DNA of 64,000 nt from Erysipelotrichia bacterium (GCA_012520255.1 JAAYOQ010000002.1:1839-65838), one strand, 5' to 3'. Numbered from the stretch's first letter, positions 28,574 through 39,187 are shown. A program made the numbers and translations. The notes: generated from the letters alone by a model not told the origin.

Positions 28574-29671
28574 TTAATTGAACAGCTTTCCAATATCTGA
28601 AATCGTAATCAGAATAAACAAACCTAAAACTAATATCATAGAAATTGTTAATACAATAGACTCAAGTTTTTCATCTCTTCTGCCGGTAATTACTTCCAGA
28701 ACAGTCATTAAGATTCTACCTCCATCAAAAATTGGAATTGGAATCAGATTCATCACACATAAAGAAATAGAAATTGATCCCGCCAGTGAAAAATAAGACA
28801 TTAAACTATATGATAATGCTTCTTCTGTTATTGAATACATTCCCACAATTCCTGAGACATTTTCCAAGCCAATATTGCCTGTAAACATTGCAATAACGGA
28901 TTTTACAGTTAGAGAAACACTTTCAAATGTATGTTTTATACCTTCTAAAATTGCTTCTGAAGTTGTCAGCTTCTGAAAAGTCGTTTCTCCGGCAAACACA
29001 ACACCAATTATAAAAGATTTACTTTTTTCATCATAAACAGGATTGACAGTTATATCTAAGACTTCAGTTCCCCTTAATACAGTTATAGTATAGGCACCTT
29101 TGTGTAATGAGTTATTCACTGCCACATCATAAGTTGTTTCTACTTCTACTTTTGTTCCATCAGAATATGTAAGAGCTATTATTTCATCATCGACCATTAC
29201 TCCAGCTTCCTCTGCCGGTGAATTTTTAACTACTTTTTCAATAACAGGTTTTGGATAAATGTTTTTTACACCAACAGCATTAAAGATGGAAATAAATATT
29301 ATCATGGCTAATAGAAAGTTAAAAATCGGTCCCGCTAAAAGAACAATTATCCTTTTAACTGCCGGTGCTCCATAAAATGTTCTTTCTATTTCAATATCAG
29401 GTTTTTCAACTTCAACATTAAGATCATTAGCACTTTCAATTTCACAATCAGCAACAGATTGAGCCTCTTCAACCATAGCTGTAAATCCACCAAAAGGAAT
29501 TGCTCTTAAGGTATATAAGGTTTCTTTCCCCTGATAAGCAAGTAATTTCGGCCCAAAACCAACAGCAAATTCACTAACATAAATGTTAAAAACCTTGGCT
29601 GCCAACATATGGCCAAGTTCATGAAAAGCAATTAATACACCTATCATTAAAATAAACAAAACAAATGTCAT
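28574..29671 (-). CDS. rseP: RIP (site-2) zinc metalloprotease RseP/RasP
   Basis: It has the HExxH motif (FHELGHML) in TM1, a PDZ domain and the C-terminal LNLIPIPIFDGG motif. It sits in the conserved cdsA-dxr-rseP cluster. Confidence 0.87.
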   Translation of the reverse strand: MTFVLFILMIGVLIAFHELGHMLAAKVFNIYVSEFAVGFGPKLLAYQGKETLYTLRAIPFGGFTAMVEEAQSVADCEIESANDLNVEVEKPDIEIERTFYGAPAVKRIIVLLAGPIFNFLLAMIIFISIFNAVGVKNIYPKPVIEKVVKNSPAEEAGVMVDDEIIALTYSDGTKVEVETTYDVAVNNSLHKGAYTITVLRGTEVLDITVNPVYDEKSKSFIIGVVFAGETTFQKLTTSEAILEGIKHTFESVSLTVKSVIAMFTGNIGLENVSGIVGMYSITEEALSYSLMSYFSLAGSISISLCVMNLIPIPIFDGGRILMTVLEVITGRRDEKLESIVLTISMILVLGLFILITISDIGKLFN

Positions 29672-30825
29672 TTACTTAAAATTTCCTTTACTTTTTCAAC
29701 TGCCCAATCATTTGATTCAATAATTTGTTCCAATGTTGGGTTTTCTATATATGCAACTTCTTTAGCTGATCTTACAACTTCAAAATTAATTCTTTCAATA
29801 TCTAAAAATGAGATTTTATCTTCTAAAAACAAATCAACTGCTGTTTCATTAGCTCCATTTAAAATTGCCGGCATATTTCCTCCCAAGTGTCCCACAATAT
29901 AGGCCAAATCCAATAGTGGGAATCTTTCATAGTCCATATTTTTAAATGTTAAGGTTTCCAGTTCAGTTAAAGATAATGCTTCTGAGTTGTTATTGATTCT
30001 TCTTGGATATGTTAAGGCATATTGAATCGGAAGTCGCATATCGGTAACTCCCAATTGAGCGATTACTGACTTATCTGTAAATTCAGTCATGGAATGCACA
30101 ATACTTTCTGGATGTAAAATAACATCGATCTGATGATAAGGAATGTTAAATAAAACATGCGCTTCAATAACCTCAAAGCCCTTATTCATCATTGTTGCTG
30201 AATCTACAGTTATTTTAGCTCCCATATTCCATCTAGGATGTTTTAAAGCATCTTCTTTAGTAACATCTTCTAACTGTTTTCGATTTAAATCTCTAAAAGC
30301 GCCTCCAGATGCGGTAATAATCAACTTATTGATATCTTTTTTATAATTTCCTCTAATGGTCTGGAAAATAGCTGAATGTTCAGAATCAACTGGAATTAAG
30401 TTAACCTTATTTAGTTTAGCTTTTTCCATCACAATTTTACCGGCAGCTACAAGTGATTCTTTATTAGAAATTGCAATATCACATTTATGTTCTATAGCAT
30501 TCAAAGTAGGAAGTAAGCCGACAAAACCCTGAAGACAGTTGCATACCATATCAATATTTTCTAAAGAAGTCAAAGAAATTAAGCCTTCATCACCATAGAA
30601 AAACTTAGTATCAGGATATTTATCCCTGATTCTTAAATAATCTTCATAATATTGAACACAACCATATTCTAATGGATATTTATCCAAATATTCTTCTAAA
30701 AAATATACTCTGGTTCCTACAGCTAAAGCTACTACTTCAAAAATATCCTGATGTTGAGTTAAAACATCAACTGTTTGCGAACCAACTGAGCCTGAAGCTC
30801 CTAATACTACAATACGTTTTCTCAT
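29668..30825 (-). CDS. dxr: 1-deoxy-D-xylulose 5-phosphate reductoisomerase
   Basis: The NADPH motif is VLGASGSVGSQT, with DSEHSAIFQ and NKGFEVIEA. The ATG at 30825 overlaps the cdsA stop (ATGA). The track start at 30846 is a TTG. Confidence 0.9.
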   Translation of the reverse strand: MRKRIVVLGASGSVGSQTVDVLTQHQDIFEVVALAVGTRVYFLEEYLDKYPLEYGCVQYYEDYLRIRDKYPDTKFFYGDEGLISLTSLENIDMVCNCLQGFVGLLPTLNAIEHKCDIAISNKESLVAAGKIVMEKAKLNKVNLIPVDSEHSAIFQTIRGNYKKDINKLIITASGGAFRDLNRKQLEDVTKEDALKHPRWNMGAKITVDSATMMNKGFEVIEAHVLFNIPYHQIDVILHPESIVHSMTEFTDKSVIAQLGVTDMRLPIQYALTYPRRINNNSEALSLTELETLTFKNMDYERFPLLDLAYIVGHLGGNMPAILNGANETAVDLFLEDKISFLDIERINFEVVRSAKEVAYIENPTLEQIIESNDWAVEKVKEILSK

Positions 30826-31592
30826 AATAAAATACTCATTAGGCAATACATCACCAGACAGTTGAAGGTAAATGAATCAACTCTGTCCAGCATTCCACCA
30901 TGTCCGGGAAAAAGATGTCCAAAATCTTTAATATTAAAGTGTCTTTTTATTGCACTGAAAGCCAGATCACCTGTTTGTCCTACAATCGGCATACTCAGTG
31001 AACCAATAATTAAAAATATCAGTGGAACCTCTTGGATAAAAAAATATCCGAACAAAAATGAAGTAATTGCACCAAATACATATCCGCCTAATGTTCCTTC
31101 AATTGTTTTATTTGGTGAAATTCTAGGATTTAATTTATGTTTACCAAATGCTTTTCCTATAAATAAAGCAAATGTATCAGTTATATATGTTGCAAAACCA
31201 GCATAGAATATCAGAAGTTTATTAATTGAATACATCATATTAATAGAAGCAATCGTTAAAATAACAATATTTAATATCAAAAAAATCAATCCAATATATT
31301 CAAAACTGACTTCCTTGTATGAGACTAAAATAAAAAACAGAAATAATATAACTAAACAAACAAGCTGAATAAAATAATTCATATTGAAAGCTATGACAAA
31401 ACCGGAAATAAAAATAATATAAATAGAGTATATTGTCCATTTTGGCCATTTATCTGCAAACAGTCTTAAAATCTCATAACATCCACCTAAAGTAAAAATG
31501 CCGGCTATGATTTTAAAATAGATACCACCAGCCAGTAATGATGGAACTATTATCAATAGTATTCCTATTGCTGTAATCCACCTTTGTTTCAT
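30822..31592 (-). CDS. cdsA: Phosphatidate cytidylyltransferase
   Basis: A polytopic membrane protein with the CTP-transferase signature SAIKRHFNIKDFGHLFPGHGGMLDRVDS. Confidence 0.87.
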   Translation of the reverse strand: MKQRWITAIGILLIIVPSLLAGGIYFKIIAGIFTLGGCYEILRLFADKWPKWTIYSIYIIFISGFVIAFNMNYFIQLVCLVILFLFFILVSYKEVSFEYIGLIFLILNIVILTIASINMMYSINKLLIFYAGFATYITDTFALFIGKAFGKHKLNPRISPNKTIEGTLGGYVFGAITSFLFGYFFIQEVPLIFLIIGSLSMPIVGQTGDLAFSAIKRHFNIKDFGHLFPGHGGMLDRVDSFTFNCLVMYCLMSILL

Positions 31593-32275
31593 AGTAAGCC
31601 TCCAAATCTTCTTTGTCTATTGGTATACTCTGCAATTGCTTCAGCAAACCTTTCACCATTAAAATCTGGCCAATAGCAATCTACAAAAATAAATTCTGCA
31701 TAAGATAACTGCCATAACAGGAAATTAGAAATACGATAATCAAGACTTGTTCTAATCATTAAATCAACTTCAGGATAATCTTTAGTTGAAATATGATTGT
31801 TAATATCCTGCTCAGTAATACTGTTAACATTTCCATTTTTAATAATGCTGTTTACGGCATTAACAATATCACTTCTTCCACCATAATTTAATGCGAAAAC
31901 CAAAATCATTCCCTTATTTTTTTTAGTTTTATTTATTGCCGTATTGAGAACTTTTACTGTTTTCACAGGCAAAGCCGATAAATCACCAATTGTTTCGATT
32001 TTGATATTTCTTTCCATTAGTTCTTTTAAAAATTTATCAATGAAAACTTCTGGTAAAGACATCAGATAATCAATTTCTTCCTTTGGTCTTTTCCAGTTTT
32101 CAGTAGAAAAAGCATACAAAGTTAAAACCTTTATACCCAACTCATCAGCTTTTATGGCGATATTTCTAACATTATCTGTTCCTGTCAGATGGCCATAAGC
32201 TCTGGGCTTATTCTGTTTTTTAGCCCAGCGACCATTTCCGTCCATGATAATGGCTACATGTTGCGGAATATTCAT
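31589..32275 (-). CDS. uppS: Undecaprenyl diphosphate synthase (cis-prenyltransferase)
   Basis: It has HVAIIMDGNGRWA, YAFSTENWKRP, and RTS...RISNFLLWQ. Confidence 0.9.
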   Translation of the reverse strand: MNIPQHVAIIMDGNGRWAKKQNKPRAYGHLTGTDNVRNIAIKADELGIKVLTLYAFSTENWKRPKEEIDYLMSLPEVFIDKFLKELMERNIKIETIGDLSALPVKTVKVLNTAINKTKKNKGMILVFALNYGGRSDIVNAVNSIIKNGNVNSITEQDINNHISTKDYPEVDLMIRTSLDYRISNFLLWQLSYAEFIFVDCYWPDFNGERFAEAIAEYTNRQRRFGGLL

Positions 32276-32277
32276 AA

Positions 32278-32820
32278 TTAAACCGTCATGATTTCCTTAT
32301 TTTTAGTAGCGGCAATTTCATCAATCTGTTTAATTGCATCATCTGTAGCTTTTTGAATATCTTCTATTAAGCTCTTTGAATAATCCTCAGGAAGAGTTTT
32401 ATCTTTTTTAACCATATCATTTCCTTCTCTTCTAATGTTTCTGATAGCAACTTTTGCATCTTCAGCCATTCTAAGGACCTGATTGGTATATTCTCTTCTC
32501 TTTTCTTCAGTTAAAGCTGGAACATTAATTCTAATCTGAGTTCCTTCATTTTGAGGAGTCAAACCTAAATTAGCGCCAAATATAGCTTTCTCAATATCCT
32601 TTACGATACGCATTTCATAAGGCTTAATCAATAATTGTTTACCTTCAATAACTGAAATTGAAGCTACCTGATTTATTGGAGTTTCCATTCCATAATAATC
32701 AATCATAACATGAGACACTAAGCCTGGATTAGCACCTGAAGTTCTAATCTGAGTTAAGCTATCTTCAAACACATCAATAGAACTACTCATTTTTTCTTTT
32801 ACATGATCTACCTGTGGCAT
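32278..32820 (-). CDS. frr: Ribosome recycling factor
   Basis: It has RTSGANPGLV, LGLTPQNEG and PALTEEKRRE. The start is ATG 32820, 9 nt after GGAGG; the track TTG start abuts the RBS. Confidence 0.9.
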   Translation of the reverse strand: MPQVDHVKEKMSSSIDVFEDSLTQIRTSGANPGLVSHVMIDYYGMETPINQVASISVIEGKQLLIKPYEMRIVKDIEKAIFGANLGLTPQNEGTQIRINVPALTEEKRREYTNQVLRMAEDAKVAIRNIRREGNDMVKKDKTLPEDYSKSLIEDIQKATDDAIKQIDEIAATKNKEIMTV

Positions 32821-32841
32821 AAACAACAACCTCCTAATAAT

Positions 32842-33546
32842 TTATCTTCTTACAACTGTACCAATTTTTTGACCTGAAACAACCTTAGAAATATTTTCTA
32901 TCTCATTCATATTGAATATGATTGTTTCAATATTATTTTCCTTACACATGCTTGCAGCAGTCAGATCCATAACATTCAATTCTTTTTCAATCATTTCATC
33001 ATATGTTAACTCATCATATCTGGTAGCTGTAGGATCTTTTCTAGGATCTGCACTATAAACCCCATCAACTCCATTTTTAGCCATTAATATTGCCTGACAA
33101 TTAATTTCAGCAGCTCTTAATGCGCTTGCTGTATCAGTAGAAAAGTAAGGATTACCTGTACCTCCACCATAAACAACAATTCCACCGTTTTCTAATACTT
33201 TGATAGCTTTACGATAATCAATGATCTCACATACTCTGGTACATTCAACTGCACTTTGCATATGAGCATGTAGACCATTATTTTCGCAAGCACCACAAAC
33301 AGCCAAAGCATTAATCATCGTTCCTAACATACCCATTTTATCCGCTTCTACTCTAGGTAAGCCAATATCAGAGGCAAATTTACCGCGCATGATGTTTCCC
33401 CCACCAACAACAATTGCTACCTGAACACCCATTTCTGTAATTTTTTTCAATTCTAAAGCCAATCTTTTAAGCATATCGCAACTGAACGTTGCTTCCTTAC
33501 TACTTAATGCTTCTCCTGATAATTTTAATAAAACTCTTTTATACAT
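32842..33546 (-). CDS. pyrH: UMP kinase
   Basis: It has KRVLLKLSGEAL, VVGGGNIMRG and GGTGNPYFSTDTA. Confidence 0.92.
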   Translation of the reverse strand: MYKRVLLKLSGEALSSKEATFSCDMLKRLALELKKITEMGVQVAIVVGGGNIMRGKFASDIGLPRVEADKMGMLGTMINALAVCGACENNGLHAHMQSAVECTRVCEIIDYRKAIKVLENGGIVVYGGGTGNPYFSTDTASALRAAEINCQAILMAKNGVDGVYSADPRKDPTATRYDELTYDEMIEKELNVMDLTAASMCKENNIETIIFNMNEIENISKVVSGQKIGTVVRR

Positions 33547-33589
33547 ATAAGACTCCTTAAATCAATTTATCAAAAACCTTAAATATTGT

Positions 33590-35830
33590 CTACTCTAATT
33601 CAATTCTAGCTAAAACATCTCTTGGTCTTGATCCTTTAGGGCCTGAAATAATACCTTCCTGCTCTAAACAATCTATAAATTTCGCTGCTCTAGGAAAACC
33701 TAACGAATAACGCCTCTGAAGTCCACTAGCTGAAACTGTCTTTTGAGTCACAACCCACGATTTGATATTACCATATAATGGATCGTTGTTACATGAAATT
33801 ACATTAGATTGTAAATCTTCACTGTCATCATCATCAATCATAAAAATATCTTCATATTGTGGAATATAGCCACTATCCGATAGATAGGATACAACTCTGG
33901 CAATCTCCTGATTTGAAGCATAAACGCCCTGAATTCTTTCTAAAGACGTTGAACCTGATTGCATAAATAACATATCACCATTATTTAATAATGATTCAGC
34001 ACCAACACAGTCTAAAATTACTCTTGAATCAATTGATGAAGCGACTTTAAAGGCAATTCGAGAAGGAATGTTGGCTTTAATAACACCGGTAATTACATCA
34101 GCTGATGGTCTTTGAGTAGCTAGAATCAAATAAATACCTGCTGCTCTAGCTTTAGCTGACAATCTTTGAATATGAATTTCAATCTCCTTACGATGAGTTG
34201 CCATTAAATCGGATAACTCATCAATAATACAAATAATATTACACATCTTATGAGTAGTTTTTTCACTAGCATTATAGTCCTTTATACTATTAACATGCAT
34301 TTTCGAAAACATCTCATATCTTTCATCCATCAGGATACATAGTTTCTTTAAGACTTCGCTTGCATCAGCATTATCCGTAATTATTGGACAAGCCAGATGA
34401 GGAATTTCCTTGTATTTTGTAAATTCTACCTTCTTGGGATCTACCAAAACTAACTTTACATCACTTGGTCTGGCATTCATTAAGATAGTTAAAATAATAC
34501 TGTTAATACACACAGACTTACCCATACCAGTGGCTCCAGCTATCAGCAAGTGAGGAAGTTTATCTATTGAAGCATAAACGTTATTGCCGGTAATATCTTT
34601 TCCTAAAGCAATTGTAAGAGGATTCTTTTTGTGTTCAGCTTTAATATTTTTTAATAATTCTGATAATCTTACTGCTGTTCTTTCCACATTCGGAATTTCA
34701 AAACCAACTGCTGATTTGCCTGGAATAGGAGCAACTATTCTTAAATCTGTCACTGCTAAAGACATCTTGATATTCTCTTCGATCGAAGCATATCTTCGAA
34801 TATTAAAATTTCCAATAGGAGACACTTCAAATTGAGTTACTGAAGGACCGATATTTACTCCTTCCAGTTTACTTTCATAACCGAAACTTTCCAGCACCTC
34901 AGATAATTCTTCCCATTTCACTTTAGCATTTTCATTGTTGATAGAACTTTTCTTGCTGATTGAATAAGTATCTAATTTATCAATTCCAGGAAGTTTATAA
35001 TTTTTCTCATTATAGACAATCTTTTGAGTTGGACTTGATAAATCCAATGATAGAACTTCTATCTGTCTGCCTTTACCATCAAGTGTATCAGGTTTAGAGA
35101 CGATTTCTTTAGCTACAGATACAATCTGCTGTCTATCCGGTTCTTTATTTTTAGAATCGTTATCGATGAACAATTTCTTTTCTTTTTCAAGTTGTTTCTT
35201 TTTTTCTTTCTCTTTAAGCAGTTCTTCTTTTCTTTTTGCTTTTTCTTCTCTTCTCTGTTTTTTGTAAGTAGCTACATCATCTTTAATTTGATCAAAATCC
35301 TTATCCGCAAAATCAAAATGTATCACTACTGATAAAATAATTAAAGCTGTTTCAACAATATAGATACCCATATATCCTAATACTGATGAAAACAAACTAT
35401 ATAAAAAGGTTCCAGTTAAACCACCATCATTAGTAACTGTTCCAGTAAATATTGCTTTAGAATTAGCAAAAAAGTTATTTATTAAATCAAATCCAACTGA
35501 CTTATCTTTCGGAATTGACAGAAAAATTAATACAGAGAGAAAAACAGCTACTCCAGAAACAAGATATTTATAACCAAAAGTAAATTTAAAAACAGTACAC
35601 AATCCAGCAACTATCATTACCACAAAAGAAACAAACCAGCATTTACCAAACAGGTAGCGTGAAACCTTAAATAAGAATTCACCTAAAAAAGCTGTCTGCT
35701 GATATAACAGACCAATAAAACCAAGAGAAACAAGTATTACTCCGTATGTTATACGTAAAACTTTCAGTTCTTCTTTAGTATATCTTCTTGTACTTTTATT
35801 TCTTTTTGTTTTTCTTTTCTTTGTCATCAA
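33590..35830 (-). CDS. ftsK: DNA translocase FtsK/SpoIIIE
   Basis: It has four N-terminal TM helices, a Lys/Glu-rich linker, the motor domain Walker A AGATGMGKS, the Walker B IIDELSDL, and a C-terminal gamma winged helix (LQRRYSLGFPRAAKFID). Confidence 0.9.
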   Translation of the reverse strand: MMTKKRKTKRNKSTRRYTKEELKVLRITYGVILVSLGFIGLLYQQTAFLGEFLFKVSRYLFGKCWFVSFVVMIVAGLCTVFKFTFGYKYLVSGVAVFLSVLIFLSIPKDKSVGFDLINNFFANSKAIFTGTVTNDGGLTGTFLYSLFSSVLGYMGIYIVETALIILSVVIHFDFADKDFDQIKDDVATYKKQRREEKAKRKEELLKEKEKKKQLEKEKKLFIDNDSKNKEPDRQQIVSVAKEIVSKPDTLDGKGRQIEVLSLDLSSPTQKIVYNEKNYKLPGIDKLDTYSISKKSSINNENAKVKWEELSEVLESFGYESKLEGVNIGPSVTQFEVSPIGNFNIRRYASIEENIKMSLAVTDLRIVAPIPGKSAVGFEIPNVERTAVRLSELLKNIKAEHKKNPLTIALGKDITGNNVYASIDKLPHLLIAGATGMGKSVCINSIILTILMNARPSDVKLVLVDPKKVEFTKYKEIPHLACPIITDNADASEVLKKLCILMDERYEMFSKMHVNSIKDYNASEKTTHKMCNIICIIDELSDLMATHRKEIEIHIQRLSAKARAAGIYLILATQRPSADVITGVIKANIPSRIAFKVASSIDSRVILDCVGAESLLNNGDMLFMQSGSTSLERIQGVYASNQEIARVVSYLSDSGYIPQYEDIFMIDDDDSEDLQSNVISCNNDPLYGNIKSWVVTQKTVSASGLQRRYSLGFPRAAKFIDCLEQEGIISGPKGSRPRDVLARIELE

Positions 35831-35835
35831 ATCAC

Positions 35836-37497
35836 CTAAACATTTATTTCAATTATCGCTGGTATAATCATTGGACGTTTACCAGTTTCTCTTAATACAT
35901 ATCTTTCTATTCTATTTCTTAATTCAACTTTAGCTTCTAAATTTTCGTATGTTCCATTATCTACTTTTTCACTGATAACATCAACCACTATTTTTCCTAT
36001 GTTCTTAATCAGGTATTCGCTATCTTTGACATAGATGACACCTCTTGATTGAACATCTGGTCCACCAATTATTTCTTTAGTATTATAATTGATCGCTACT
36101 CCTACAATAATAACACCATCTGTAGAAAGAGTTGTTCGATCTCTTAATACCTGAGAAGTAATATCTCTATTATCTTGGGTTCCAATCATTATTTCGCCTA
36201 TTTTTTCAACATAGTTTGATGTTGATATCAATCTTTCATCAGCAAAAGTAGCAATTTGACCATTATCTAAAATTATAATCTTGTCAGGAGTAAATCCTAT
36301 TGATAAGGCTAAATTGGCAGCAGCAACAAAATTACGATAGTCGCCCATTACAGGCAAAACATATTTGGGTTTCAGTAAAGATAAAATCATTTTTATATCT
36401 TCACTTGCCGGATGCAGTGCCAGAACCTGTTTTGGGTCTAATTTAAAGATATTTACATTATCTTTATAAAGTTCATTTTCCATCAAATTAGCTTCTTTTT
36501 CAGTTCCGGGTACCATTGGAGAAGCAATGACTACAGTATCAGTAGTTCTAAGTTCTATTGTTCTTTCTTCATTGATGGCAATTTTGTTCATCACATTGAA
36601 AACATTTGCTCCATCACCAGAAACCACGATTATACAATCATCAATCTCATTAGAAAACTGTTTTTCGGTTATCATCATCTTCTCTGGCATCTTATAATAA
36701 TCGTTTGCAGCAAACAAGTTGATTAATGCTCTCATCTGTTCATCAAAAAAGAATATTTTCTTTTTATACTCTGCTGCCACTGCAATAATTTCTCTCATTC
36801 TAAAGAAATTCTGTTCATAAAGAGTAAAAAACACTCTTCCAGAAGCATCTTCGATGATAGGACGAATTATATTGGAAATTTTATGTCTTGGTGAAGTAAA
36901 TCCTTCCTTATCAGCATATGAAGATTCTATCAGACAACATAAAACACCTTCTTTTCCGATATCAGTAATAGCAGCGATATCACATTCATAAGCATTATCC
37001 CGCATATCAAAATCAACAACAAACTGTTCAGCAATAACAATATGTCCCTGATCAGTTTTTAATGAAATACCAATGGCATCTGGAGTAGAGTGAGTTAAAC
37101 CAAAACTGGTTAACTCAATACCATCAATCATTGTTTTTCCATATCTTGGTAATATTTTTACTCTTAAATGAGATTTTCTCATCTTTTTAAGCTCTTCTTT
37201 AATAAATATGGTACAAAGATTAGGAGCATAAATATCAGCTTCTAATTCTTTGAGCAGGTATGGTAAACCATCCATCATGTCATCATGAAAATGAGTAATA
37301 ATAATACCACTTAATCTATCTTTATTTTCTATTACATAACTAAAATCATTAACAATGTACTCTACCCCAAACTGATTGTCCTCGGGTCTTTTAATTCCAC
37401 AGTTAACAACAAACAGTTTTTTGCCTATTTCGATACAATACATGTTTTTCCCGTATTCATCCAGTCCGCCAAGGGCAAAAATTCTTATATTATTCAT
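35836..37497 (-). CDS. RNase J-family protein (J2-like) with a degenerate metallo-beta-lactamase active site
   Basis: It is collinear with RNase J along its whole length (FALGGLDEYGKN...THFHDDMMDG...LTHSTPDA...RPMIIPAIIEINV). HxHxDH reads HFHDDM, TGDF reads AEQF and the late HGE reads MGD. The adjacency to ftsK/spoIIIE matches rnjB in Bacillus. Confidence 0.8.
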   Translation of the reverse strand: MNNIRIFALGGLDEYGKNMYCIEIGKKLFVVNCGIKRPEDNQFGVEYIVNDFSYVIENKDRLSGIIITHFHDDMMDGLPYLLKELEADIYAPNLCTIFIKEELKKMRKSHLRVKILPRYGKTMIDGIELTSFGLTHSTPDAIGISLKTDQGHIVIAEQFVVDFDMRDNAYECDIAAITDIGKEGVLCCLIESSYADKEGFTSPRHKISNIIRPIIEDASGRVFFTLYEQNFFRMREIIAVAAEYKKKIFFFDEQMRALINLFAANDYYKMPEKMMITEKQFSNEIDDCIIVVSGDGANVFNVMNKIAINEERTIELRTTDTVVIASPMVPGTEKEANLMENELYKDNVNIFKLDPKQVLALHPASEDIKMILSLLKPKYVLPVMGDYRNFVAAANLALSIGFTPDKIIILDNGQIATFADERLISTSNYVEKIGEIMIGTQDNRDITSQVLRDRTTLSTDGVIIVGVAINYNTKEIIGGPDVQSRGVIYVKDSEYLIKNIGKIVVDVISEKVDNGTYENLEAKVELRNRIERYVLRETGKRPMIIPAIIEINV

Positions 37498-38944
37498 GAT
37501 TCTCCTTTCCTAAATGGACTTGAACACCATTCAGCGAGTTTTTCATACCTTGAGTAATTTCCACATAAATTATATCACCTATTTCAGCATTATCATAACT
37601 AAAATTGACCAACTTCTGTTGTGGAGTATAACCTGACATAAACGCTGGATTCTTTTTTGAAACTCCATCGACCAGTACTTCAACAATTTGGCCCACCCAT
37701 TTCTGGTTATTCAACTTTGAATAATATCCCAATCTTTTATTTAATCTTTGCAGGCGCTCTTTTTTTTCTGTAATTGAAACTGTATCTTTCATCCTTGCAG
37801 CTGGAGTTTCTGCTCTAGCTGAAAATACAAATGAATAAGCATTATCATATTGACAATGTTCAACCATCTTCATTGTATCTAAAAACTGTTCTTCTGTTTC
37901 ATTTGGAAAACCGACAATTATATCGGTAGAAATAGATACATTTTTAATTTTGGACTTAATCTTGTCATGGAGTTCTTTGTATTGTTTTGAAGTATATCTT
38001 CTGCCCATTAACTTTAAGATTTCATCATTGCCAGATTGTAAAGGCAAATGAATAAAGGGCATCAGATTTTCTCTTTCGGCAATAATATCAATCATTTTAT
38101 CATCAAATTCCCAAGGATGAGAAGTTGTAAATCTGACTCTTTTAATGCCTGTATCACTTACTTTTTCCAGTAAGTCTCCAAATGTATAGCCTTGATCTAA
38201 ATCCTTGCCATAAGCGTTTACATTTTGTCCCAGCAAAGTAATTTCCTTATATCCCTTACTTTTTAATTCATTTACTTCTTTTAAGATATCTTCCAGTTTT
38301 CTTGACCTTTGTTGACCGCGGGTATATGGAACAATGCAGTAAGTACAAAATTTATCACAACCATCCATAATATTGACAAAAGCTTTATGTTCAAATTGTC
38401 TTACAGAAGGTAAATCTTCATATATACATCCTAAAACAGATAAAACTTCAACATTTCTCTTTTTGGTGTTTATAACATTTTCCAGTAATTTTGGTAATGA
38501 TGTAATATTGTGTGTGCCAAATATTAATTCCACTATCGGATACTTTTCAATAATCATTTTAACCATTTCTTCCTGTTGAGGAATACAACCACACAATCCG
38601 ATAATCATATCAGGCTTCAAACGTTTATAAGCCTTTAAAGAGCCAATCACACCTAAAACTCTTTTTTCAGCATTTTCTCTAATAGCACAAGTATTTAATA
38701 TTATGATATCAGCATCTGATAATTTTTCAGCAAAAGTATAACTCATATTTTCTAAGATACCACTGATAACTTCCCCATCTCTAACATTTGCCTGACAGCC
38801 ATAAGTTAAAACATGGTATTTTAAATTAACACCTAACTGTTTTTGCGATTCAGTTAACAAAACCGAATCATAAATAATCGGTGCTTTATATGTTTTACGT
38901 CTAAAACGTGCCTCTTTGGCACTTGGTAATTTATATTCATTCAT
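37490..38944 (-). CDS. miaB: tRNA-i6A37 methylthiotransferase MiaB
   Basis: It has the UPF0004 N-domain cysteines (YGCQANVRD, NTCAIRE), the radical-SAM motif CDKFCTYC and a C-terminal TRAM domain. The ATG at 38944 is used because the track TTG start at 38959 lies inside the upstream terminator. Confidence 0.88.
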   Translation of the reverse strand: MNEYKLPSAKEARFRRKTYKAPIIYDSVLLTESQKQLGVNLKYHVLTYGCQANVRDGEVISGILENMSYTFAEKLSDADIIILNTCAIRENAEKRVLGVIGSLKAYKRLKPDMIIGLCGCIPQQEEMVKMIIEKYPIVELIFGTHNITSLPKLLENVINTKKRNVEVLSVLGCIYEDLPSVRQFEHKAFVNIMDGCDKFCTYCIVPYTRGQQRSRKLEDILKEVNELKSKGYKEITLLGQNVNAYGKDLDQGYTFGDLLEKVSDTGIKRVRFTTSHPWEFDDKMIDIIAERENLMPFIHLPLQSGNDEILKLMGRRYTSKQYKELHDKIKSKIKNVSISTDIIVGFPNETEEQFLDTMKMVEHCQYDNAYSFVFSARAETPAARMKDTVSITEKKERLQRLNKRLGYYSKLNNQKWVGQIVEVLVDGVSKKNPAFMSGYTPQQKLVNFSYDNAEIGDIIYVEITQGMKNSLNGVQVHLGKENHE

Positions 38945-38954
38945 AATCTTATTC

Positions 38955-38984
38955 CACAAAAAACCAAGCAGGTTTTGCTTGGTT
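38955..38984 (-). terminator. Rho-independent terminator after the ferredoxin gene
   Basis: On the minus strand, AACCAAGCA-aaacc-TGCTTGGTT forms a 9-bp stem followed by TTTTTGT. The stem overlaps the ferredoxin stop codon. Confidence 0.75.
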
Positions 38985-39165
38985 ATTCTTGACTAATAGC
39001 TTGTACTGGGCAGTCAGCAACACATGCACCACAATCAATGCATGCATCTTCGTTGACCTCAGCTAATCCATTTTCGTCTAACTCTAATGCTCCAACTGGG
39101 CAACCGTCTAAACACGCGCCACAACCTATACATAAGTCTTTGTTAACAGTAACTGGCATATTCAT
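38983..39165 (-). CDS. 2x[4Fe-4S] ferredoxin
   Basis: It has two CxxCxxCxxxCP motifs (CIGCGACLDGCP and CIDCGACVADCP) in about 60 aa. The RBS AAGGAGA lies upstream. Confidence 0.88.
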   Translation of the reverse strand: MNMPVTVNKDLCIGCGACLDGCPVGALELDENGLAEVNEDACIDCGACVADCPVQAISQE

Positions 39166-39187
39166 CAAGTCTCCTTTTCCTTTTTGT

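Noticed and set aside
35150-35290. Repetitive A/G-rich nucleotide stretch (aag/aaa/gaa repeats) that resembles a tandem repeat
   Set aside because: It is the in-frame coding sequence of the Lys/Glu-rich linker of FtsK (KQRREEKAKRKEELLKEKEKKKQLEKEKK). It is low-complexity coding sequence, not a structured repeat or CRISPR-like array.
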